A DNA stretch of 64,000 bases from Candidatus Bathyarchaeia archaeon (GCA_038883795.1 JAVZLK010000004.1:14496-78495), one strand, 5' to 3'; positions 9,101 to 16,593 are shown, numbered from the stretch's first letter. Program-made: numbers and translations. The notes: a model not told the origin generated them from the letters alone.

Positions 9101-10463
9101 AAATGGTAAACCAGAATTTGTCGATAGAGACGAAGTTTGGTATGTTGAAAGTGAAGAATTCAGAAGACTGTTTGGTAAACACATTCCAATATTCATTATA
9201 CAGCATGAAGAGAGAAGAGGAGCCGCAATAAAGAGAACTTTTGAGATAAACGTGCTTGAGGATTATCTGCACCCAGAATTAGAAATTGGTGAAGAAGACA
9301 AACCGACATCAGATATGTTAAATCAGTTTTTGGATAGTGTTAAGGCATTTTTAGTAGCAAGAGTCTATGCACAAAGACCAAGCAGAGAAGACGAAGATGT
9401 CTCAGCTATAAGGCGACTTAAATTGAAGACCGTTAAGTCACTAAAAGTAAGTTATAACCTAAATCTCGGAGACAAAACAATTGAAGTCGCATCCGATAAG
9501 GGAACATACTTGGATAAACAGAACAGCATCATTTTTATCGATGCTGGAAGATTCCATGTAAAAGACTTGAAAGCTATAGAAGAAGATCCAAAGTTAGCCA
9601 GTGAATTGGGCGTGCAAATTGCTTATTATTTGGGTATAGACCTTGCTAATGATTTCATGCTTTTGATAAAGAGCAATGACGAGTTGAGATACGAAATTTT
9701 GGACAGGGCGAACGTTTCGAAAATGGACATTGAAAACTTTAGGATCTCTTTAAAGCAGGAAGCGGTACCAAGACTTCCTATTGTTACCGCTATACCTACC
9801 GTCCAGCAAACTCCGCAGCTCATGGTTCATATAACATCAACGCCAACTATTAGCGAAAATTTGCCACAACCTCAAATTAGACCTTTGGAACTTTGGACGC
9901 CATCAGAATTAGGTTTCAAAGAACCTATCGAGATGACCCCAACTCCCGAAATGAAACATGCTGCATCCGGCTCTGGTAGTGGAAGTGGAACATCACATCC
10001 TGCTTACATAAGCGATCAAGAAGAACGCAAGAAAGTCGATCAAGCAGGTATTGACCTTGTGAAAGCATATGAAAAGCATAGACATGAACAGGAACATAAC
10101 TGTTCTCCCACAATAGAATCACGAGAGAAACAGAGCTGTGGTTATGATATCATTTCAGAATGTGACGTGGAAACCAGGCGTATAGAAGTGAAATCCTCGA
10201 AAGGAGACATGCAAGTTGTCGAACTTACTGCACTCGAATGGGATGCAGCTCGAAATGCAGAAAATCGTGACAATCATTTTCTTTACAGAGTGAGGTATTT
10301 GGATAAAAGAAGCGGAAAAGAACCTGAGATAGTGATAATAAGAAATCCATATTCTGCATTAATAGGAGAACCAACAAGGTTTAAAGTGCGCCTTAATAAA
10401 CTGCAAGGCAAGATGCAAATTGTCCAATTAACGAGATCAGAAAAAGAGCCAAATGCTCAATAG
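6171..10463 (+). CDS. Giant sacsin-like GHKL (HSP90-like) ATPase with C-terminal DUF3883 (PD-(D/E)xK-like) domain
   Basis: N-terminus has YVLELLQNADDA and GFKGIGFKSV. Linker is GSGSGSGTS. C-terminus GYDIIS..RRIEVKSSKGD..ELTALEWDAARN..HFLYRV fits the DUF3883 pattern. Start may be ATG at 6198. Confidence 0.7.
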   Translation: MISKEDIENMAAEIAAEYAHSPIRLIEDSRSERNIAESEQGRYVLELLQNADDAQIPDTSDDTIKIGQPEVVFLVTDKYLYCANGGFPISKEGLRSICRAFLSPKRKNAPVIGFKGIGFKSVLALTEQPEIFWSDGGVYFSRERTFEYLKLKAPNALADVNPDEVPILRCPHPIDLNLALKEDPTLKSLLTNSATVFRFPLINDTTRQNLVNRLNDIKASTVLFLNNLKTIKIVIDGDVKIYRISKENAKFDEGNGVTYDIAHAHIQDEESKSNWIIISGIYKLPLEIKKRLSLTWKDTDYIRISYAVEVNDLGKPIPCSEYPLLHVFFPTEERIPFRILIHGTFKTNVDRRLLTQEDPLNDYAITKSIELLRDKVLPLISEELDDPGKIMDFLQPPKDLNISSTEGKIWTELCEDLRNHKFVPNRRNNKKLSPQEVILSPIPRDVEVFKYLTENKLTDRFCYDTIDINEDRRQTLQNFGAKVLEVTELPKFFEDNFTHEIKWVANMYALLDNISSYLESINPTQKKVFIEEIKKRKLLLLAGGETVAAELITHEGAIFFPPTAAVPTPPKGLNLRFLERSVIDEYLKIISKTVRQTFFVRDLEIEEYAAIPVITKIILPAIREFWQQWPTKKIFEPEKVLQFLYALLGDDLPKDERLKAISLMPVPVKGEPYYAPACDTYASKEWTGNDSLEFIYGSESAFLAPPDNMLNDELFGKMKLFYQWLGVAWLPRIISQFKDFEENKWRSCRWTYEKRFESPHSKLPNWEKYCKTVYEECEPLGGESPFQKYETLLETSWALDRFDKIVTDPEKSRRLLSILAANWDTHYSKFVKCTVLWRTKSQQYYRFSEVTSYFFWQLTRSSWVPSSKFDIWSFRKPSELFIKTESVYNELGDLIPYVEVSTDGERILLTRLGVKTSLDDLTAEDWWRIAIDIPRLLNPDERVVRPLYRKMMQVKDIEKESNNRTDFMSNGKLLALVNGKPEFVDRDEVWYVESEEFRRLFGKHIPIFIIQHEERRGAAIKRTFEINVLEDYLHPELEIGEEDKPTSDMLNQFLDSVKAFLVARVYAQRPSREDEDVSAIRRLKLKTVKSLKVSYNLNLGDKTIEVASDKGTYLDKQNSIIFIDAGRFHVKDLKAIEEDPKLASELGVQIAYYLGIDLANDFMLLIKSNDELRYEILDRANVSKMDIENFRISLKQEAVPRLPIVTAIPTVQQTPQLMVHITSTPTISENLPQPQIRPLELWTPSELGFKEPIEMTPTPEMKHAASGSGSGSGTSHPAYISDQEERKKVDQAGIDLVKAYEKHRHEQEHNCSPTIESREKQSCGYDIISECDVETRRIEVKSSKGDMQVVELTALEWDAARNAENRDNHFLYRVRYLDKRSGKEPEIVIIRNPYSALIGEPTRFKVRLNKLQGKMQIVQLTRSEKEPNAQ

Positions 10464-10517
10464 TATTGAGCAAGCTTTTGCTCAATACTGCTTATAAATG
10501 CTCAACGTAATTGAGCA
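10454..10517. repeat. Array of five TGCTCAAT(A) motif copies in alternating orientation, forming three nested palindromes
   Basis: Read directly: TGCTCAATA (10454-10462), TATTGAGCA (10464-10472), TGCTCAATA (10479-10487), TGCTCAA (10499-10505), TTGAGCA (10511-10517). AGTATTGAGCAA-GCTT-TTGCTCAATACT is a perfect 12-bp palindrome. Confidence 0.8.
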
Positions 10518-10644
10518 GCCTGATTGCCAAATCATAATAACAGTTATAACGAAAAATAACCAAAGAGTACATCCTAACAAGCGTGCCAATAAATTCAACC
10601 AAAAATAGAGAAAAAAAGGAATCTGTGAGTGATAGTCAAGTATT

Positions 10645-10797
10645 TTAGTAGCGTGAAAACCTGTATGCGCAGTTTCGGCACAGATACCGCTGAACCTCTC
10701 CTTGACGAGTATACCTGATACCATCCTTATACACGCGTTCGCAACCACACATAGGACACTTAACAGCCTTCTCATCCGCCACCGATTTCACCTCCAT
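10645..10797 (-). CDS. Orphan zinc-ribbon ORF (50 aa) resembling the N-terminal zinc ribbon of IS1/IS1595-type transposases; not in the ORF track
   Basis: Own translation: MEVKSVADEKAVKCPMCGCERVYKDGIRYTRQGEVQRYLCRNCAYRFSRY*. CPxCG...QRYLCxxC matches the InsA-type pattern. GGAGG lies 8 nt before an in-frame GTG. No transposase body follows in any frame. Confidence 0.45.
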   Translation of the reverse strand: MEVKSVADEKAVKCPMCGCERVYKDGIRYTRQGEVQRYLCRNCAYRFSRY

Positions 10798-10922
10798 TTG
10801 CTAATTTACCGCTCATTTGAGAAAAATTCTAAAAAAGAGGGATTTGCGGGAGAGAATTCGCCGTTTTCTCTGAAAATAGGGCAACCCCGCGCTGTGTTTA
10901 TTTTTGTTGGGGTTGCTTTTGT

Positions 10923-11008
10923 GTTTTTTGTTATGGGGTAAAGGTTCTTGAGTTTTTGGTTTCGTTTGCTGGAAATGTTTTAAATTATTGTGTGGTTTTT
11001 TGTTATGG
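10923..11008 (+). repeat. Direct repeat GTTTTTTGTTATGG x2
   Basis: Identical 14-mers at 10923-10936 and 10995-11008, inside a G/T-rich non-coding stretch. Confidence 0.7.
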
Positions 11009-11070
11009 TTTTTTGGTCTAGATTATTGTTCCATGGGTGTTTATATGTGGTTGTTGTTAGACATATTGTT

Positions 11071-11128
11071 TGGTTAGGCAGTTTAGCCGGCTAGTTGCAC
11101 TGTGATGTGGTTAGGCCGCGGCTTAGCC
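11071..11128 (+). promoter_or_regulatory. Two copies of a bipartite motif TGGTTAGGC-N(3/6)-TTAGCC upstream of the fibre locus (candidate operator)
   Basis: TGGTTAGGC at 11071-11079 and 11108-11116. TTAGCC at 11083-11088 and 11123-11128. Followed by the inverted repeat CGTGCC(11129-11134)/GGCACG(11143-11148). Confidence 0.35.
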
Positions 11129-11148
11129 CGTGCCGAGGGTGGGGCACG

Positions 11149-11157
11149 TTAAATATA
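11149..11157 (+). promoter_or_regulatory. TATA-box-like element TTAAATATA
   Basis: Ends 24 nt upstream of ATG 11181. GGAGAAGGAGAG lies between the element and the ATG. Confidence 0.3.
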
Positions 11158-11180
11158 CCCAAAAGAGGAGAAGGAGAGTG

Positions 11181-11789
11181 ATGAAAGAAATGGATACTAA
11201 GAAGTTGATGGCTACGTTTGCAATATTAATGATAGTTTTAGGCGTTGCAGGATTCGCTTATGCGCACTGGAGCGAGAAATTATACTTGATTGGTACGGTT
11301 AATACTGGTAGTGTATGTGCTGAATGGTCTTTTAGTGCCGAATTGATTAATAATACTAAGCCAAATTATGGACCTGTTGCCACACTCACATACAATTTTA
11401 GTGATACTGACCAAGATGGTTGCAATGACACGTTGACTGTGACTCTTAACAACGCTTATCCAAGTTTGACAGTTGAAGGAATGATTGACGTTCACAACTG
11501 TGGAACAATACCAATAGGAATATATGACTATGATTGGACTATATCAGGCGATCAAAGAATTGTGGGCGCTGTTGAACTCAAAAATGTGGACTTTTACTTG
11601 AAGGCGCCAAACGGCACAACATACCCAATAACAGTGGACATTGAAGATTGGATTAGAACAGAGAACCAGATTGACCCATGTTGGTCGCTTGTATGCGAAT
11701 TCGAAATACACTTCACAGAAGCCTTACCAGAAAATGCAACAGCAACAATTAACGCATGGATAGAGTTCTGGAACTGGAACGAACTCTAA
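11181..11789 (+). CDS. Secreted TasA-like fibre subunit candidate, paralog 1
   Basis: Signal-like h-region followed by GFAYAHWSEKLYLIGTVNTG. Shares DQDGCNDT, NxxYP, HNCGTIP, QIDPC and NWNE blocks with the next gene. Many N-x-S/T sequons. Track start 11130 (GTG) is probably too early. Confidence 0.55.
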   Translation: MKEMDTKKLMATFAILMIVLGVAGFAYAHWSEKLYLIGTVNTGSVCAEWSFSAELINNTKPNYGPVATLTYNFSDTDQDGCNDTLTVTLNNAYPSLTVEGMIDVHNCGTIPIGIYDYDWTISGDQRIVGAVELKNVDFYLKAPNGTTYPITVDIEDWIRTENQIDPCWSLVCEFEIHFTEALPENATATINAWIEFWNWNEL

Positions 11790-11807
11790 ACGGACAGGTG
11801 ATAACCA

Positions 11808-12449
11808 ATGACGCTCTTAAAGAAGTCTAAAACAGCAGTGCCCGCAATTGCCGCCATCGCATTAGTAGCTTTGGCAATTGTAGGCTTCACATACGCTCAC
11901 TGGAGCGAAACACTATGGCTAAACGGCACAGTAAACACAGGCAACATGTGCGCCGAATTCAAACCTCCAATAACACGCACGGATACTGGACTTGACTGGA
12001 GCTGTGGAGAAAACTTCACAAATCCTGACCCACATCAGATTGATAAAGACATAGGAAGCAGCAATGCATACTTTATGGATGTAAACCAAGACGGATGCAA
12101 CGACACAATAGTAATAGAATTAAACCATGTTTACCCATGTTACTATGAACACATGTCATTCTGGATACACAACTGTGGAACAATACCATGGAGAATATGG
12201 CGTGTAATATTTAACCCAGGAAACGTAACACTATACGATCGCGGATACTTAAACTTAGATTTAAATAACGATACAAAAGCTGACATAGAAATATACTGGG
12301 GCAACAACTTCGGCGACCAAGTAGACCCATGCAGTAAAGTAGACTTAAGCTTTGAACTTCACATTCTGCAACCAATTCCACAAAATTCCACACTGACATT
12401 CACAGTCACCATTGAAATGGTTAACTGGAACGAATATCCACCGCCATAA
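11808..12449 (+). CDS. Secreted TasA-like fibre subunit candidate, paralog 2
   Basis: GFTYAHWSETLWLNGTVNTG, NQDGCNDT, HNCGTIP, QVDPC, VNWNE. A clear paralog of 11181..11789. Confidence 0.55.
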   Translation: MTLLKKSKTAVPAIAAIALVALAIVGFTYAHWSETLWLNGTVNTGNMCAEFKPPITRTDTGLDWSCGENFTNPDPHQIDKDIGSSNAYFMDVNQDGCNDTIVIELNHVYPCYYEHMSFWIHNCGTIPWRIWRVIFNPGNVTLYDRGYLNLDLNNDTKADIEIYWGNNFGDQVDPCSKVDLSFELHILQPIPQNSTLTFTVTIEMVNWNEYPPP

Positions 12450-12480
12450 ACAACTTTGAAGAAACACACACAAATCCCCC

Positions 12481-12485
12481 TTTTT
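12481..12485 (+). terminator. Oligo-T tract after paralog 2 (possible archaeal terminator/attenuator)
   Basis: CCCCCTTTTTAG, followed by TTTAATTTAT before the peptidase gene. Confidence 0.25.
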
Positions 12486-12520
12486 AGTTTAATTTATGTG
12501 CACCTTGCGGAATAGGAAAA

Positions 12521-13837
12521 ATGAAGTACATATTCGGGATTCCCGTTCTAATCTTAACCGTTTACCTACTCACAAACCTATTTGTTCCATATGTCTTCGG
12601 GGGCGAAATGATATTTATTATGGATGCCCTCTTATGGGCAATTATAATCCCGCTTACAATTTTAATTTCAAAACTAACAAAAACAAACCTTCTCCAAACG
12701 GATAAAACCCTAATCCAACTCGCCACAATAATCGCAGTATTCCAAGTTTTCCTTTCAGTTTTTATGGCGTTTTTCATTGGTTTCGGCAAAAACGCCCTCA
12801 CATGGACGCCAAGGGCATTAGCCATATACTTCCCATTCTTACTCACGCCTTTCTTGGCAACCGAAATTTCACGGGCTTACCTCGCCCAAACAGTAAGCAA
12901 ACACAAACCAACCATGGCAATATTGCTCATAAGCATATTCTACACGCTTTTAACGCCAACAATACCCTACTATTTAGACTTAACATCGCCCCTCGCCATA
13001 GCAGAATTCCTAATCCGCACACTCATCCCAACCCTCGCCACAAGCCTATTAGCCACATACTTCGCCTATCTAGGCGGCTTACCCGCAAACCTAACGTATA
13101 TGGCTGTTCCAGTCTTCTTCACATGGTTCAGCCCCATACTTCCAAACATTCAATGGCAAACCCAATCCATATTAACCGTAACAGCCACAACCATAGGCTT
13201 CATAATCCTAGACCAAACAGTAAAACCTTTACCAACAGCCAAAGAACGCCGAATCCACCGCATCCGCCTAACCAGAAAAGGCAAAAGCCAAACCATATAC
13301 TGGACAGCCATCGCCCTAATAGCCGTAATCGCAGTATGGTCAACAACAGGCTTACTGGGCTTCACACCAACAATAATCGCAAGCGGAAGCATGCAGCCAA
13401 CACTTAATCCAGGCGACATAGCCATAGTAATAGCAACACCAGCAAAAACCATCAAAATAGGCGACATAATTCAATACCAAGCAACCGCACAAGCACCAAC
13501 AATACACCGCGTCATAGACAAATACACATCCGGCGGAACCTTATGGTTCATAACCCAAGGCGACGCTAATAATGCTCCAGACAACCCCGTAAACGAACAA
13601 CAAATAATGGGCAAAGTAGTCTTAACAATACCAAAACTTGGCTGGATAAGCATATACCTAAAAGAATTCTTCGCAAGCGCCTACACGTTCTTCACAACAA
13701 CATTGCCAAACGCCATAACAGAAGGCACAGCATTCACATTAAAAAACGGAGTCTACATAACAACAGCCCTCGCCCTAACCGCGTACTCATACTTACTACT
13801 CACATACCACGCAACAAAAAAGGAGGAAAAAACATGA
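12521..13837 (+). CDS. Archaeal-type (SipW/Sec11-like, S26) signal peptidase I fused to a ~250-aa N-terminal polytopic membrane domain
   Basis: C-terminal half has SGSMQPTL, GDI, IHRV and TQGDANNAPD boxes plus a terminal TM helix. N-terminal half has about 7-8 hydrophobic helices with no motif I recognise. Confidence 0.8.
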   Translation: MKYIFGIPVLILTVYLLTNLFVPYVFGGEMIFIMDALLWAIIIPLTILISKLTKTNLLQTDKTLIQLATIIAVFQVFLSVFMAFFIGFGKNALTWTPRALAIYFPFLLTPFLATEISRAYLAQTVSKHKPTMAILLISIFYTLLTPTIPYYLDLTSPLAIAEFLIRTLIPTLATSLLATYFAYLGGLPANLTYMAVPVFFTWFSPILPNIQWQTQSILTVTATTIGFIILDQTVKPLPTAKERRIHRIRLTRKGKSQTIYWTAIALIAVIAVWSTTGLLGFTPTIIASGSMQPTLNPGDIAIVIATPAKTIKIGDIIQYQATAQAPTIHRVIDKYTSGGTLWFITQGDANNAPDNPVNEQQIMGKVVLTIPKLGWISIYLKEFFASAYTFFTTTLPNAITEGTAFTLKNGVYITTALALTAYSYLLLTYHATKKEEKT

Positions 13838-14715
13838 AAAAACTGCTAATCACGCTAGCCCTAACAATAATCACATTAACAACAATAGGCTACAGCTACG
13901 CATGCACAAATGGCGGAATAAGCATAAACTGCTACTGCAACTGCGACGTCAAATTCACATGCGTAAAAACATGGGACAACGAAATAGAAAAAGACGTAGC
14001 AAACATAACCGCCAACATAATAGGCTGCACAGGCGACACAATAAAAGCCTACATAATAAATGCCTACCCATGCTACATGGCATACATAAACTATACAATC
14101 AAAAACACAGGATGCCGACCAATCCACTTTGAAAACCTAACAATAATCAACCCCAACCCAGAAGCTTTAGAAATAACAACAACAAACCACACATGCACAT
14201 GGCTCCAACCATGCGAAAAAATCAGCGGAATAACAACAGTCCACATACTCCAACCAGCAAAACAAAACTGGACCTACCAATTCCAAATAAAAATAGGCTT
14301 AAAATGCCAAGAAGGCTACCCACGCACAATAGGCTTCTGGAAAAACCAATTCGACAAAGCCCTATGCAAAGGCGGCAAACCCCAAATAGACCTAGACACC
14401 CTCGAAAACTACCTTAACCAAATAAGCGCAAACTCGCCAATCTATGAATTCACGGGAAACCGCACCCAAAAATTCCAAAACGCCTCAAAAATCCTCAGCC
14501 CACCATGGAATTCAAACATGAAAGCAAAACTCCTAGCCCACCTCTTGGCTTTGTGGCTAAACTATGTGGCTGGATGGACAGAAGGCTACAAATACAAAGG
14601 CATGACCGCCTGGGAAATAATCCAAGGCTCAGAAAACGCCCTACTAAACAACCAAACAAACAAGTATGAATACTGGAAGAACATGTGCGACGGCTTCAAC
14701 AACCTAGGAGGATGA
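13834..14715 (+). CDS. Cys-rich secreted protein, fibre-locus paralog 3
   Basis: Signal-like N-terminus ending IGYSYA, then CTNGGISINCYCNCDVKFTC. NAYPCY and KNTGCRPI echo paralogs 1/2. Start overlaps the peptidase stop (ATGA). Confidence 0.45.
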   Translation: MKKLLITLALTIITLTTIGYSYACTNGGISINCYCNCDVKFTCVKTWDNEIEKDVANITANIIGCTGDTIKAYIINAYPCYMAYINYTIKNTGCRPIHFENLTIINPNPEALEITTTNHTCTWLQPCEKISGITTVHILQPAKQNWTYQFQIKIGLKCQEGYPRTIGFWKNQFDKALCKGGKPQIDLDTLENYLNQISANSPIYEFTGNRTQKFQNASKILSPPWNSNMKAKLLAHLLALWLNYVAGWTEGYKYKGMTAWEIIQGSENALLNNQTNKYEYWKNMCDGFNNLGG

Positions 14716-14719
14716 TAAA

Positions 14720-15475
14720 ATGAGAAGGTACAGAAGAAACACGCCAATCAACAAAACCGTAAGCATAACCTTCCTAACACTACTATTAGCTCTAGCAATA
14801 ACAGGCTACAGCTATTCACATTGGACAGAAAAAATCCACATTCAAGGAACAATAACAACAGGCGCATGGGAAGAGAAAATCGCAAGCGTCCGCATAATGA
14901 AAACCCTAAACGGCTCCTTCACAGACCCCTATACAGGAAACGACATATCAACACCTACAAACCTAATCCACGTAGGAACCAACAAAAGCGCTGGATGGCC
15001 GACAAAATTTCAACTAATAATCACAGTCGAAAACAATGGCACAGTACCCATAGAAGATGCAGTACTAGATGTAATAGAAAATACTGTTGAACCAATAAAC
15101 GCCACACCAAGCAAAGGCACAGTAGAATGGTACTACAACCATACCACCGGCGGCGAATTCGTCCAAAACTTCCTAAATTGGACAATAGGAACACTCGCAC
15201 CCGGCGAAGTGGCAACCCTTGAAATATGGATACAAACACTACGCAACCCGACAGGAAAATATGAACCAACAAGCGAAAACCAACTTCTCGAAATTAACAG
15301 AGGCGCCAACATAACCGCAACCTCAGAATTAGGAACCCTCTTCGCGAGAACAGAAAACATAACCCTTACAATAGTAGACGATGGCACTCTTGGCAACAAC
15401 ATAGCAGTAATAACGCCTACATTACCATACTCTACTCCATGGGCAAGTGACACAAAAACAGAATACACGCCATAA
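14720..15475 (+). CDS. Secreted protein, fibre-locus paralog 4
   Basis: ITGYSYSHWTEKIHIQGTITTG N-terminus matches paralogs 1/2. ITVENNGTVPIEDA is an Ig-like/CARDB-like segment. Sequon-rich. Confidence 0.5.
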   Translation: MRRYRRNTPINKTVSITFLTLLLALAITGYSYSHWTEKIHIQGTITTGAWEEKIASVRIMKTLNGSFTDPYTGNDISTPTNLIHVGTNKSAGWPTKFQLIITVENNGTVPIEDAVLDVIENTVEPINATPSKGTVEWYYNHTTGGEFVQNFLNWTIGTLAPGEVATLEIWIQTLRNPTGKYEPTSENQLLEINRGANITATSELGTLFARTENITLTIVDDGTLGNNIAVITPTLPYSTPWASDTKTEYTP

Positions 15476-15582
15476 AGCAACACCTTTTACAAATTTTATA
15501 AAACAATATTGCCAAATTTGTAGTAAAACCTTTTAAAAAGAAACAATATTCAATACGATAAAGTATAGGTCGCAAACTATAC

Positions 15583-16593
15583 ATGAGAAGACCACCAAAA
15601 ACGATAATCCTCATTACCCTCTTCACAATTCTAACCCTAATCGCATTACTAACCCTTTGCATAGCACATCAAACCCCAACAGAAGAGACCACAACCCAAA
15701 TCCTCTGCACATACAGAAGCACAGCAGACTACGATTACACGGCAACACTAGACCCAAACAACATAATCTACAACGGCAAAACAACACTAAAACCAGGAGA
15801 AGGCACCATATACACAAAAATAACCCGCCAAATCAACCTAACCCTCACATACACATTCCACACGAGCATACCATCAGAAGCCACAATAACATACACCACA
15901 ACTAAAACACTAAGAGCATCAGCAATAGAATACCAAATAAGCCAGACGCAGCCCCAAACAACAAACGAAAAACAAATCCAAATTGAACTACCCCAAATAA
16001 ACAAAACAGAAACAGACCCAATAATAGCCAGAATCGCCTCAGAAATGGGAATAAGCTCAACCCCATACTACACAATAGAAATAACAACAACATTCACCAT
16101 AAACGCCAACACCACCATCAGCCCAATACATCAAACTTTTACGCCAACCCTTACAATAACATTCCAACGCACAGACCAAGGAGAAATAACAACAATAGGC
16201 GATTTATACCAAACAAAAACAGAAACAATAACAGAAAACCAAACAATAACCCGCCAAGACATAATAAACCAACGATACGCATCATACAGCCTAACCACAA
16301 TAGCCCTAGCAGGACTAGCCTTCTCCACATACTTCCACACAAAAACAAAACCCCAAACAAAAGAAACCCCCCTCGAAAAACTCATAGCCCCATACAAAGA
16401 CCTAATAATAGAAGCCGCAGAACCACCAAAAACCCCGCAAGAAACCACAATAATAAAGGTAGAAACAATAAAAGAACTAGCAAAAACAGCAGAAATCCTG
16501 GCAAAACCAATAATCCTAACAAGAAAACCCCAGCCAACACTAATAATAATAGACCAAAACACCACATACCAACACATAATAGAAACCAAATAA
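15583..16593 (+). CDS. T/Q/I-rich bitopic membrane protein, hypothetical
   Basis: N-terminal TM helix, long Thr-rich ectodomain, second TM helix (YSLTTIALAGLAFSTYF), K/P/E-rich tail. Confidence 0.45.
   Translation: MRRPPKTIILITLFTILTLIALLTLCIAHQTPTEETTTQILCTYRSTADYDYTATLDPNNIIYNGKTTLKPGEGTIYTKITRQINLTLTYTFHTSIPSEATITYTTTKTLRASAIEYQISQTQPQTTNEKQIQIELPQINKTETDPIIARIASEMGISSTPYYTIEITTTFTINANTTISPIHQTFTPTLTITFQRTDQGEITTIGDLYQTKTETITENQTITRQDIINQRYASYSLTTIALAGLAFSTYFHTKTKPQTKETPLEKLIAPYKDLIIEAAEPPKTPQETTIIKVETIKELAKTAEILAKPIILTRKPQPTLIIIDQNTTYQHIIETK

Noticed and set aside
10482-10775. 97-aa minus-strand ORF in the track.
   Set aside because: Its sequence is hydrophobic and low-information. A different frame of the same DNA encodes a well-formed four-Cys zinc ribbon with an SD-like element, which is the more credible gene.
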